64,000 bases of DNA, from NCBI RefSeq assembly GCF_011745625.1, contig NW_027191456.1:496001-560000 (forward strand), given 5' to 3'. Position numbers and translations under genes: made by a program. The stretch's first letter is position 1; the number at the start of each line of letters is the position of its first letter. Of this stretch, positions 12,601-24,239 are shown in pieces. Below the pieces are notes generated by a model. The model was not told the origin of the DNA and ran no database searches. It saw only the letters and a list, made by a program, of their open reading frames with translations. The stretch is from Cladosporium halotolerans. Taxonomy: Eukaryota.

Positions 12601-14280
12601 CGCAAGACCTCGTAATCACGTTACGAAAGATGGAATGGCGTGTTTGTTACGCCGTCAGATTCATGGCATTGATCATGTCCGGATATTCATCGTTGGGAGA
12701 AGACTGGTATCGAGATTATCCGTGAGTTGGAGGAGCCGGCTGTACGTCTCGCTTGTGTACCTGCCATGCCCTAGCTTCTTTGCGCTTGTAGCGGGTACTG
12801 CGGCGAGCTGATATTACTGTAGGGATGTCTGCCTGAGTGAACAATTTCAACACGCACAACACGACAGACTGGAGCCGGTGTGCGAAGGATCCGATTGAGC
12901 TCTGCACAAGTCGGCCACACAAAGTCTGACGAGTTTCTCACAGTCAGAGTTGGAGATCCACGATGGACCGCGCGTCGTCTGGAGATTCTTGAGTGATGAG
13001 CCGGAAGTCCCGGCGATTCATCAGCCCGCATTGCTATAACATGCGGATCGTGGAAAATGTTAGTGGCCGCAGTGAAGAGGTCCTGGGTAGCTTGACCTGT
13101 CTTAAGCAGTATTTATGGTCTTCAGCATGAGTCATAAGAGGCAGTCAGAGTTCTCCATCCATTGAGTTTCCAGTGTGCCGTCGTGTTGGTGCTACCAATG
13201 ATATCGCCAGTATTTGCGGGTGTTACTACGCAGTATCTGAGAGCTTGGCGATTGGCGGAGGGAACGACCGACGAAAACGGCAGTTGCTTTCTACCAGACC
13301 CCAGGCGCGTTTCTCTCTTGAGTAGCAGAATGCCTTGTCCACTACCGAACGGTAAGATGACACGTCGCACACTTCACCTCCGCAACCCAAAAGGCTGCTG
13401 TGGACAGGATGCGATCGAAGGCTGCGACGCCGGCTGGCTCATCCGTGCCCTCATCGCTTTACCATTCCATTCCGGCGGGCAGCATGATAGCCCTTCCTCG
13501 GCCTGGGATCCCAAAGAGAGCTCTCTGCTGCTTATTAATCTGGAGTTGGGGCTTCGTGTGCGAGCCGGATGCGTCGGATGAGCGGCCGCTGGAGCGGAAG
13601 CGCAAGGATGTACGGGATGGAAGCTGAGCGTGTGTGTACCAGCTGATGCGAGTATCGAGCAGGTCTCCTCGGAGCCATCAGCGACATATATACACGTCTT
13701 AGGCGCAGGGTGGATGTACCATCGAGAAGAGCCTCGGTGGGTTTCGTGAGATCGTGAGAGCACCACTCCACTCCACCTTCGGCGAACGGAACTCGCTGCC
13801 CTGCCGGCGCGTTCCCTTGCCCCCCGTCCGTGAGGCGACCCACATCCCCGACCTGCTTCAACTTGGCGCCTCTACCTCCGCCGATGACATAAGCCTCAGC
13901 AGTCCCCAGCTCGACCTCAGGTGGTGCAGCACGTTACTCATCTTGTAAGTTGATATGTCTTCTGCCCCCAGAATGTCCGTCTCAACTCGCCGGACTGGCG
14001 GTGCCACGCGACCATTACTGACGCGCTCATTGCATGCAGGCACATGTCGCGACCTCCACCGCATGCGCCTGTTCCGAGAACGCATCCACCGCATTACCCT
14101 TGAAACTCGCCCTCACGCGCAATCCGCGGGCGCTTAACCGGATCGCTGTCATTGTGCCAAACAAGAGGAGGAGGAATAGAAAGGAGGATCGCGATATAAC
14201 ACGAGTCGTTTGGTGGCTTACGTGAAGTCTGATTCTGCGGCCGGGACAATCTACCTCGAACGTAGCGCAACCTGATCACG

Positions 14281-15352
14281 ATGCAACACGCCGCTGCTCA
14301 GGTAAGCTCAAACTCTCAGCGCGTTTCGCACAATTGCCACTCTGAATTGGAATCATGTTGTGGCAAGTTTGCTATGCTGCTATTTTAGGGAATCCACACC
14401 TCGCTCTTGCTTTTGCTGACATCGTGCCATGTAGGAACCAACCAGGGACATTGATTCGGGAGACTACAGTCAGTAGTTGGCAATACAGTCAAATATCAAG
14501 ATTAATTGATTACGCATGCTGACCCAACACCTCCCTAGATCAAAAGGTGAAGGAGATAAGAGATCGCTTTTTCGGCCCGAAACCCTCGGATACACCATTG
14601 CAATCCTATCCATCACAGTCATCTACTCAAGACGAAGTCTCTGACAGACAGAATCAGACATCCGGCTCTGCTAGTCCTCGACTTCTTTCAGAGTCGAACA
14701 TCGCAGGTGGACAGCAAGGCTCGTACAGAGCCATGTCCAACGATAACACCGGCGATGATAGCTTAAGCGCAGAGGCACGAAAGAGCAAACGTGAGCTATC
14801 GACTAGCAAGCGTGCGGCCCAGAATCGCGCGGCGCAGGTACGTTCACTTGAACTTAACCTTCTTAGCACAGTTACACGGCCGCTAACGGACATCAGCGGG
14901 CTTTTCGCCAGAGGAAGGAGGGTTACATACGAGAACTGGAGGAGAAGGTCAAACAGTTTGAATCGATGGAGACCAACTTCCGCAGCCTACAGGAGGAAAA
15001 TCACCAGTTGCGAGAATACATTCTCGGCCTCCAATCGCAGCTTCTGGAACACGGCAGGGAACCACCGTCTTCTGCGCCGCAATCCAAGGCTCGCGCCGCG
15101 CATTCTGATGGCGCTGAGCATGAACATAGCCATGGAGCGCATCGCCACACTGCACTATCACCACCAAATCCAGATGGTGCCTCCGTAACTCAGCGTGAGG
15201 ATGGCGCTTCCGGTGCGTCATGGAGTGACCATATTGATCAGCTACGCCAACGCTACCCTGGCTATGGCACGACAGGCGAGTCTGCACCCCATCGGACTTA
15301 CGCTGAGGGAGAAGCTGCACATAGTGCAGATAGCAAACCTGCGCCAAGATGA
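14281..15352 (+). CDS. kapC: bZIP transcription factor, KapC-like (YAP-related basic region); three introns
   Basis: Splicing gives KRELSTSKRAAQNRAAQ|RAFRQRKEGYIRELEEKV...LQEENHQLREYILGLQSQLLE. Two short 5' exons (MQHAAAQ|EPTRDIDSGDY|NQKVKE) join in frame. Confidence 0.8.
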
Positions 15353-16096
15353 CGAGCGGAAATCATCTTGTCTGCTAGGATCCGTGTTACAGTACTGCGC
15401 GTTTGCAGGCTTTCAACGGCGTTCATCTGGGCTGAACCCATCGACAGGTCAAGGAAGAGGTCGGCGTTCATTGAAGTGGTGGGTGCACTCCATTCCAAGG
15501 GAGAATGGAATATTGTCGCGCCTGCTCAAGGGAAGGCTTCCAAGCGCAGAGATAGGACCCGCATACCATTTGGGTTTGTACCTTACAGTATGCATATTGG
15601 CTCTTCATTCTCGCTTACGCTTCGTCAGTCCACTGGCCCATCATCCAAAACCGTGACGTCTGCTCTCATTTAGTACCTCCATCGCGCCCTCCATGCTCGC
15701 AGTCCGCACATCAGGCATCACTCCAGCCTGCCTCGGCCGCAGAAGTGAAGTCAGCAGCTTTCAAGCGCTTGGCACCCAAACGTTACCATCGCGTCGGTGC
15801 CTGGACCTCACAAAAGCCGCTGCGCCGGCGGCTTCTTGCTCCTGCAGGCTCTATCCCTAAATAAATCTACGCTTGCTCGCTACGTCACTCACACTCGCGC
15901 GACCGCCAATACAGTCACCGCCGACCGTAGAAAGCATGTGAACACACATTTTGCAATCGGCAATGTCAACACAGCACTCGCATCCAAAATCAATCAACAC
16001 CGCGACTCCCTAACCACACCCTCATCCTCTCCTCCCGTCCCCGCTACCAAAAGGACCACACGACCGACAATCCCACCAACACCCACAATCTTCACA

Positions 16097-16918
16097 ATGG
16101 CCCCACAACAGTCGCAGCAGCAGCCGCAGTCGCAGCAGCAGCCGCAGTCGCAGCAGCAGCCGCAGCCACCCACCCAACCCCCCACCACCGCCCGCGACGA
16201 ACTCACCCGCCTCGCGGCGTACCTCGAATTCCGCACCCGCGACCTCCGCGCCTCCCTTTCCACCTCCCTCGGCTTTCCCCCTGTCCCAGCAGAAGTAGCA
16301 GCCTCAGCATCATCCCCCACAGCGCCCGGCGAAGACCCCGACCCGGACGAAGACCTCTTCGCGCCCATCGGCCACCCCTCCGAAGCCTGGACCGAAGTCT
16401 CCGCGTACGCGCTCGACGTCCCGGAAGTCCGTATCCGTTCTGCCCTCCCTATCGATTCGAGAAAACGACCGCTGACGTGATGTGTGTGTGCACAGGACCT
16501 CTCCGCGCAGCGCCCCGCTCGCCCGCCGCCGCCGGGCCCGATCGAGGGCGCTTCGCGCGGCGTGCTGAGGGCTGCGGCGCTGGCGGGGGCGTATTTGGAG
16601 GCGGCGGTGGGGGTTGTGGGGGCGAGGGGAGGGGTGGAGGGGTTGGTGAGGGGGAGGTTGGGGGGGTGGATTGCTAGTGCGCGTTTGTTAGGGGAGGGAG
16701 GAGCTGGAGCTGAGAGGGCGGTGCTTTCTGCGGGTGAGGCGCGGGAGGAGCAGCGAGCGCCGCCACTGCCACCGGCGGTCGCAGGTGCTGATTTGGGTGC
16801 GGATGGGGATGGGGATGGGGATGCTGATGACGATGGCGATGGCGAGATGGAAGACGTCCCGCTCGACGATCCGGTCGATGCCTGGGAGCCTTTTGGGGAG
16901 GGGGAGCATTTGCACTGA
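16097..16918 (+). CDS. Hypothetical protein with a Gln/Pro-rich N-terminus and acidic C-terminus; one intron ~16427-16495
   Basis: ACAATGG Kozak context, two ORFs joined in frame by a GT..GCTGAC..CAG intron, coding-like codon bias. No recognisable domain. Confidence 0.55.
16109..16162 (+). repeat. Perfect 18-bp tandem repeat x3 (CAGTCGCAGCAGCAGCCG), encoding QSQQQP
   Basis: Read directly from the sequence. Confidence 0.9.
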
Positions 16919-17345
16919 GCTGATCGGAAGTTCTTTATTTTCTTCTTGGAGAATGGGGTAGATGTGGTTCTCGTTTGGATTCGTCATCGTGTAGTATCGA
17001 AAAAGAAGGCCAAAAGAGTGCCTTTCCTGTTCGCAAATCCGCGAGCTAGGAAGAATGATCGATGGATAGAATCAAAAAAGTACAGACAGCAAGACGTCGA
17101 AACAGTCTCAGGGTATCCAGCAGCTCATGTCATCGAAGAACGCGCGCCGGCCGCCGGGGGTTCTTCTCACGAACCATGCTATGAACGCCGTGTAACAGGG
17201 GAAGAAAAATGTACCCACCGGCCCAAACCAACGAAAAGGACGAAGCAGGATTATATCAACGATCGTCGTCGAACGCGGAAACCAACGCCATCAAGTGCAA
17301 GCCGAGTCCGTATATCAACAACTAAACCAAATCGACATCCTTCGT

Positions 17346-17992
17346 TCAGACAAACTCGTAATCCTCATCCGCATCCGGCACCCTCGTCGCGCCCATCCCG
17401 CGCGCTTTAGCCTTGCCCTTGCCCGCCGGACTGGCCGTGGCCAACGATTCCCCCTCGCCGTCGAGCACGTCGTACTCGGCCCTCACGAGCTTGACGGTCT
17501 CACGCTCCTCGAACTTCTCGACGGCGCGCGCGAGCGCGACGTTGAAGATCTGGCTGCCCTGCGTGGGACCGCGGGCGGCGTCGAAGGAGTAGGCGATGTC
17601 GGCGTCGGCGGAGGAGAGTGAGGGGGTGGTGTCGTCGCTGTAGTCGGAGGCGGAGTTGGGCGAGGAGGAGGAGGAGGCTTCGTCGCTCGTCGTGCCTTCG
17701 AGCATGTCTTGCTTGCGCGCGAGGCGGGCGGCGGAGATTTGTTTGTTGGGGTGGGTCCATTCGATACGGGGGGCGGGCTTGTGTCTGTATGGGTTGGTTA
17801 GGTGGGTTGGTATGGGATGGTGGAAGGGAGTTCTTACGTGTCGGAGGGACGCAGAGGCCGAGGGTTGCCTACGCCGCGGCCGCGGGTCTCCATGGCGCCC
17901 ATGCTCCACTTGTGCTTGCGGGCGGCGTCGCGTTTGTAGTCTTGGGCGGCGCTGCGGAGGTCGGAGGTGGAGGAAGTCTGGTCGGCGGACAT
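17346..17992 (-). CDS. Small fungal hypothetical protein; one intron ~17785-17837
   Basis: ACCATGT start (MSADQTSS..), GTAAGA..CTAAC..CAG intron, C-terminal block YSFDAARGPTQGSQIFNVALARAVEKFEERETVKLVRAEYDVL..DEDYEFV. Confidence 0.7.
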
Positions 17993-19015
17993 GGTCGCGT
18001 TTGCAGGGTTGTACAGTGTGTGTTTATGTAGTGGTGGGGTAGAGAACGTTGTCGTCGTTTGTCGGTGACGATGTCGATCAGTTGGGGTCTGGTCTCGGTG
18101 TCTGATCTGCGCCGAGGAGGCTGTTGATATGGGTGGAGCCTGGTTGAAATGGAAGCGTTTCCTAGGAGGAGGGGGGAAGTGGCTTCAATAGGTAGAGGGG
18201 AGTGGTAGGCAGAGGCAGAGGGCAGAACAAAGGATGGGATGACACAATCACCGCGACGCGTGACTGGCAGGTGCGGAGTCTCAACAAGGCAAGGGCCGTG
18301 ACTGAGGCCGGTATGACTGTTGGTAGCCGGGCTGAGGCAGGTGGCGCAGATAAGACAAGCTTTGGGAGTGTTTCGCGGCTGGAAGAGAGCGTGAAGAGAC
18401 GCGGGAAGTAGGATGGGTTGACAGTAATAAGGCAGCGATGGTTACCTGGATGGTTGAGGCAACAAAGGAGCAGCCCACCGTTGCTACAAACAAAGAGGGA
18501 CCACCTGCCTGCGCGCTCAGGGCGTGTTGACGGAGGTGGAGGTGGAGGTGGAGCTGGCAGCCGTCGGGGTCTGCGGTCGGTCTCCACGCGATAAGGCGCC
18601 GGGGTCCGAATGACGCCGCCACGCCGCGCGCTGGGCGGATGACGAGCGTTGCGGCCTGCTGAACGTGTGGTGAGCGGGTGGCGCGAGTGGCCCTGCTGCC
18701 CTGCTGCTGCCATCTGGCGCGTGGAGTCGCTGGAGTCTCTTCCGCCTGCTTTGTCTCGCCCCTCCCGAAGCTCATCAAGCTCGCTGAGCCTCGGCCACCC
18801 ATCACGGTCATCCATTCCCCGGCTGCCCGTTTGCGGAGACGCGCGCGATCCCTGGCGAAGCGCGTCACAGCCTGCGCTATTCATGGCAACTGGGCCAGGG
18901 CGTGAGTCCAGACGGCCGGCAGCCTGATTGCACGTTTCATGATGATCGATGATGATGTTCGCGGTGAATCTTGTGAGGCTCATCGTGGGTGTTGACCAGC
19001 CACAGTGACCAAGTT

Positions 19016-19620
19016 TTACGATTCCACAAACAACCGCTCATCCTCGTCGTCAGACTCCGCCTCTTGACTAGGCAGTCTATCAGGAAACCATCCGTATACT
19101 CTGAAATCAACACTCCGCTCTCCTAGACTGCCGTGCTCGACCTGCACCCCTTCCTGAGCTAGAACGTCCTCGTGCCGTGCAGCGCCATTTGCGCCTCTGC
19201 TACAAGTCAGCAAATGTCGCCTACGAACAACATAATCCGCGCAATCCCACCTAGGGCTGATCACTCCCTTCGAGTTGATCACGCGCTGCCAGGGTACAGT
19301 GTCACTATTGTAGCGGGCGTTCGGTTGATCGGACGCCGACGGCAGGTGTTTGAGGCACACGCCGACTTGTCTGCAGTGATATTAGCCTGCTTGGGGTCCA
19401 GTATCTAGGTCACTGGTATACGAGGAATTCCCACCTTGGTCGCTCGGCTATTTGCAGGATGTGATTAGCAGCAATCCAACAACCCGTTGCATGTGTCTGC
19501 CTTACGGTATCCGACGAGAGTGGCGATGTGGCCATACGACGTGACTCGGCCGTGCGGTATTTCTTGCACAGCTTGATACACCGCAGCAAACCACGCTGCT
19601 GCCTCTTCAGTTTGTGGCAT
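19016..19620 (-). CDS. ATL1: Alkyltransferase-like protein (MGMT/ATL family); three introns, 13-nt microexon 19435-19447
   Basis: VYQAVQEIPHGRVTSYGHIA..YPERPRQVG helix-turn-helix and PWQRV, with Trp in place of the catalytic Cys of PCHRV, which is diagnostic of ATLs. Confidence 0.88.
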
Positions 19621-19845
19621 CGTCCGGCTTGTATATTCGCATATCGTGAGAATCAGTAGTCCGGCGATCAAGATCTCGCATCACACGAGCGCATCGCCAG
19701 CCAGCCAATCACAGCCCCGCGCTCCAAAGAACCGAGCTTCCGTCACTGCTACAGCCCGACAGCTATTCTACCCTAACAATTTACCAACCCTCCAACCATC
19801 CTCCCTCCCAACACACACACCCCACCCACCCACCCAACCCCCAAA

Positions 19846-20865
19846 ATGCCCCTCGCCGACTACCTCGCGGCAAACTACCTCTCCGCCGACCCCAAACCGC
19901 CCAAAAAGCGCAAACGCAAAGCCGCCGCCGCCACCAACCCCACCTCCGAACAAGAAGCCCTCACAATCGCCGACGACGGCGCAAACGACTGGGGCGACGC
20001 CAAAAACGCTTCCTCAGACGACGAAGACGGCCCAACCGTCTCCGGCTCCGCGCCCCTAGCAAGCGGCCTCAACACCACCAAACCCGGCAAGAAACCAAAA
20101 TGGACCACCGTCGGCTCCGCCGCGCCCAAAGACGCCGACCAGGCGGCCGCGGACGCCCTGCTCGCGGCCGCGCGGGCGGAGACTAGGGCGCGCGAAGCGG
20201 AGGACGAGGACGCGCCGGCGGCGGTGGAAACGGACGGCCCGACGATGGGCTCCGGCGCGGCGGCGGGCTTGCAGAGCGCGGCGCAGGTGACGGCGGCGCT
20301 GAGGCGGAAGGAGAAGGCGGAGTTGCAGGCTATCAAGGATGCGGGGCTGGACCCGGCGGGGAAGGCGCAGGAGACGATTTATCGCGATGCGTCGGGGCGG
20401 GTGATTAATGTTGCGATGAAGAGGGCGGAGCTGCGCGCGAAGGCGGAGGAGGAGGAGAGGAAGAGGGTGCTGGAGGAGGAGGGGAGGAAGGGAGATGTGC
20501 AGAGAAGGGAGAAGGAGGAGAGGAGGGAGGCGCTGAGGGAGGTTAGGAGCGAGGGGGTGGCGAGGGGGGCGGATGATAGGAGGATGAATGAGGAGTTGAA
20601 GGGGAGGGAGAGGTGGAATGATCCTATGGCGCAGCTGCTGGCGAGTAAGAAGGAGAAGGGGGGTGGGAAGGGCAAGGGGGGTAAGGGGAAGGGTGGTGGG
20701 AGGACGTATCCGGGTGCGTCGGAGCCGAATCGGTATGGGATCAGGCCCGGGTGGAGGTGGGATGGCGTGGATAGGTCGAATGGGTTTGAGAAGAAGTGGT
20801 TTGCGGCTAGGAATGCGGCGCAGAACAGGAAGGATTTGGAGTATGCTTGGACTATGGACGAGTGA
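19846..20865 (+). CDS. CWC26: Pre-mRNA splicing factor Cwc26/Bud13 (RES complex)
   Basis: LADYLAANYL N-terminus, QETIYRDASGR, ERWNDPM, PNRYGIRPGWRWDGVDRSNGFEKKWF. Confidence 0.93.
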   Translation: MPLADYLAANYLSADPKPPKKRKRKAAAATNPTSEQEALTIADDGANDWGDAKNASSDDEDGPTVSGSAPLASGLNTTKPGKKPKWTTVGSAAPKDADQAAADALLAAARAETRAREAEDEDAPAAVETDGPTMGSGAAAGLQSAAQVTAALRRKEKAELQAIKDAGLDPAGKAQETIYRDASGRVINVAMKRAELRAKAEEEERKRVLEEEGRKGDVQRREKEERREALREVRSEGVARGADDRRMNEELKGRERWNDPMAQLLASKKEKGGGKGKGGKGKGGGRTYPGASEPNRYGIRPGWRWDGVDRSNGFEKKWFAARNAAQNRKDLEYAWTMDE

Positions 20866-21719
20866 ACGGACTAAGGTCATACTGCCGTGGAAGCCGAACA
20901 TGGTTATGGGGAGATTCCCAACGGAACGATCGCGACAAATATCGCACGAATGCTTTCTGGTCGACTTCTATTACTGAGGAAACCAAGATCTCTTGTCGAC
21001 CTCGCAAAAGCCGAATCCTACTCAAAACCTCTATGAAAAGCCGGCATTCCGCAGACCGCGCACACGTTACAGGCCACGAACGCCCGATATTGCCAGGCGA
21101 ACGCATTACCTCCGCGGATGGGGAAATAGCGTCTCGTATCGTTCCAAACAACGAAGAGCGGTTACATCGGCCGCATCGCTCCAGGACCAATTGACTGTCG
21201 GTGCAAGCGCTTCAAAATGAGCCGAAGGCCGCATTGATCACCTCGCTTGACATCACAGGACTCCACACATGGTCGACGCCGCAATCGATATGTACCTCGA
21301 TCCTCCTCGCACGTCCGCACGAGCACGAAGCATTGAGACATAAAATCCGCCACGCTTGTATCAAAGCGAAGAAATAGACCAAATCTTCACGAAAGTCCTT
21401 GCATCACGTCCCGGTGCGCAGTATCTTATGGTATTTTTCGCAACGCAACATCTCTCAAGCGAAACGGCGGTAAATCCTCGGAAGGAACGCAACTCCTTCA
21501 GCCTTGCATGTTAGGCGGATGCTAGTCCCCCGTCGCATTGCAGGCTAAAAGTACGTCCTTCCTTCGCGAGAAGTAGCACAGCTAGGACGCAGGAACAGTA
21601 GCGCAGTACGTAAGCGAACCCGTCGCAGACGAGTGGGAAGAATCTGGAGCGTGCGGGTGAAAGCCTCGCAGCTCCCCTTCCCACCTCTGATGGGCAGCCC
21701 TTCTCAAATCCCAAAGAAA

Positions 21720-23089
21720 ATGCCTCCGTCACTCTCACGAGCGAAACGCAACCTCGCCGACCGGCCCCTGCACACCCTCCGCGACGCCGCCCTGTCCTCG
21801 GCGGGCAAGACGCTCGCCGCGGCGGCGCTGCTGTGGCTCATGGCTTTCGCGGCCTGCAAGCGCCTGCTCTGGCGCGACCCGCACGCGGCGTTCTCCAGCG
21901 AGGACGGCGTGTACGACCTCGACTACAGCCTGCTGCGGCAGGCGGAGGCGCGGGAGTTCGTCGAGCACGCTGAGGCTGGGCGCGTGGTGTCTGGGCGGGA
22001 GGAGTCGGCGGCTGCGCCGGTGGTTTGTGCTGCGGTTACGACGTTTAATAGGGATGGCAGGCAGTATCTGAACGAGACTGTCGGGTCGATGCTGGCGGGG
22101 CTGACGGGGGAGGAGAGGGGGCTGTTGGACGTGAGGGTTTTATTTGCGCATGTGGAGAGTGATGTGCATCCAGATTGGGATAAGAGGTGGTTGGGTGTTG
22201 TTGATGGGTGGGGTGGGTATAATGTTTCGGGGGAGGAGGGGGAGCGGATCAGGGAGTGGGAGAGCGCGCAGAACTTCTATGCGAAGGGTGTTTAGTAGGT
22301 TTGGTCGATTTCGAGATCCGGGATTGTGCTGAACGGAGATGCAGTGATTACTTTTACATGCTGAGAGAGTGCCTCGTAGACTCAAAGGCTCCGTACATCG
22401 CCATCTTTGAGGACGACATTATCTTCGCAGACGGCTGGCTGGCGAAGACGTTGAAGGGCCTGTCTGAGCTGAGACAAAGATCCAAGTCTTGGGTTTACTT
22501 GCGCCTGTTCTACACCGAGACCTCCCTAGGCTGGGAGGCTGATGTCGACTACTGGTACGGACACCAGCTACTCACGTTCGCTCTCGCGATAGGAGCCGTA
22601 TCAGCACTCCTTTTGGTCGGACGAAGAGCATGCCGCCCTCTCGGCAAGCACCTGGACACGCCAACACTGGCAGTCCTTGTCCTCGTCGCAACGCCAGCCT
22701 TTACAGCCTTAGCCTTCATGATCGGCAAGTACAATCTGCACCCTCTCCAAGGAATCGAGCGCATGGACAAGCATGGTTGCTGCACCCAAGCGCTGGTCTT
22801 CCCCCGCTTCCAGGTCCAAGGGCTCATTGACTTCTTGCACGAGCGCGGCTCCGGGCAGACAGACTCGCTTATCGAAGAGTACGCGGACGCGCAGGGCTAC
22901 GAGCGGTACGCTCTCGCGCCGCAGGTCGTGCAGCATGTCGGGTTGATTTCGAGCAGGAATAATCTGGCGATCAATACGAGGAGCACCTGGGCATTTTGGT
23001 TCGAGGCGCAGGATCCGGTGAAGTTGCGGTTGGAGCATGAGGAGTTGGCGAAGTCGGGGATATGGCGTGCGTCGGGCGATGGATCGTGA
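21720..23089 (+). CDS. Membrane-bound GT-A glycosyltransferase resembling PGAP4/TMEM246 (GT109); intron 22295-22344
   Basis: N-terminal TM, YLNETVGSML, KGVYDYFYMLREC..YIAIFEDD (DxD-like), YLRLFY, two internal TMs, CCTQALVFP, QTDSLIE, PQVVQHVG..SSR. Confidence 0.7.
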
Positions 23090-24239
23090 AAGGGATTTCC
23101 CTGGCGTATTGGGAGAGGTCCAGCTGTGCGTTCATGTCGTCTGAAGGCTTCGTCATACGATCGTATGCCTAGTCGCGGGTCGCGTCTTAAGCTACGGATA
23201 GAACCAAATCGTTCAGTAACCTGATACAGGCCGCACCGTGATCGCGTCCTGGTTGCGAGTATCTCATAATGGAGGTCAAATGAACCTTAGAAATTTGCTC
23301 GAATAAAATCGAAGCGAATCATGGAATCGTACTCTAACATCACGATGTCACGATTAGCGAGTAGAGACACGATCCATTGGCCTTCGTGAGCCTCAGCTTA
23401 ATGTGATGCCTGAGGCACACCAGGGACCCACTTTTGATACGGTTTCCTTTCCTGGACACTTCATTCCAACCTTTCAGATAACGTTGCCTTCCTCCAACGA
23501 GTGTATTTCCATCTGACAGTCGGCAGGGTCAATCGTGAGAGAAGGATCCAGAACGTGTTCCACATGGCCAGCACATCGCATGCGAGTTTTGTGGCACCTG
23601 CGGCCGCGTGGGAATCACTCCACCGTTTCCAAAACGATGGCTACGATGGAGATCTGTCTCCGGAGATCTTGGGGTCTCCATGGGCAGACAACATGGTTAG
23701 CGCCGAGGAAATAGAGGATCGGCTCCTGCCAAGTGATAGAGGACGGCGCCTCAAACAATGATATGCAGCACACAGCCAAGAGATAAGGTCGCCTGCTATC
23801 TTCACCACGCGTCTCGTTTGAGAGCTGACATGGGACGGATCCGGCTTACTCGCTTTGTGTCTCCCACATGCTTGTGCGACGGCCGCGGCTTTACAAATGC
23901 TTGAGCGTCCTTCTCCCCGGAGAAGCACAATGATGTCTGCCATTGTTCAAGCCCCCAAGTGATAGATGTGTCTGGTTGCACCAATCCTGAGGCTCTGGCA
24001 TCCCGCGTTGAGGTCTGCTGAAGAGCTTTCTCCTTCACAGGACGACTATCGTCGCTTGGCTGGCTACTGTTTCAATCTCACTGTGAGTCTAGCCACCAGT
24101 CGTTGCTTTTGAAAGCACGGCGTCTGGCCAAGCACGTCGTGCGGTAGAAAGCTATATAGAGCCTCCGCCGCCCTGACGATGTAGTATTCCGACCTGAACC
24201 GTGTCATTCCTGTGTAACAAACACGAAACCTAAGTAACC

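Noticed and set aside
18162..18983. 273-aa minus-strand ORF with a (GGAGGT)n microsatellite
   Set aside because: Low-complexity with no domain. More likely promoter or 5' leader of the gene starting at 17992.
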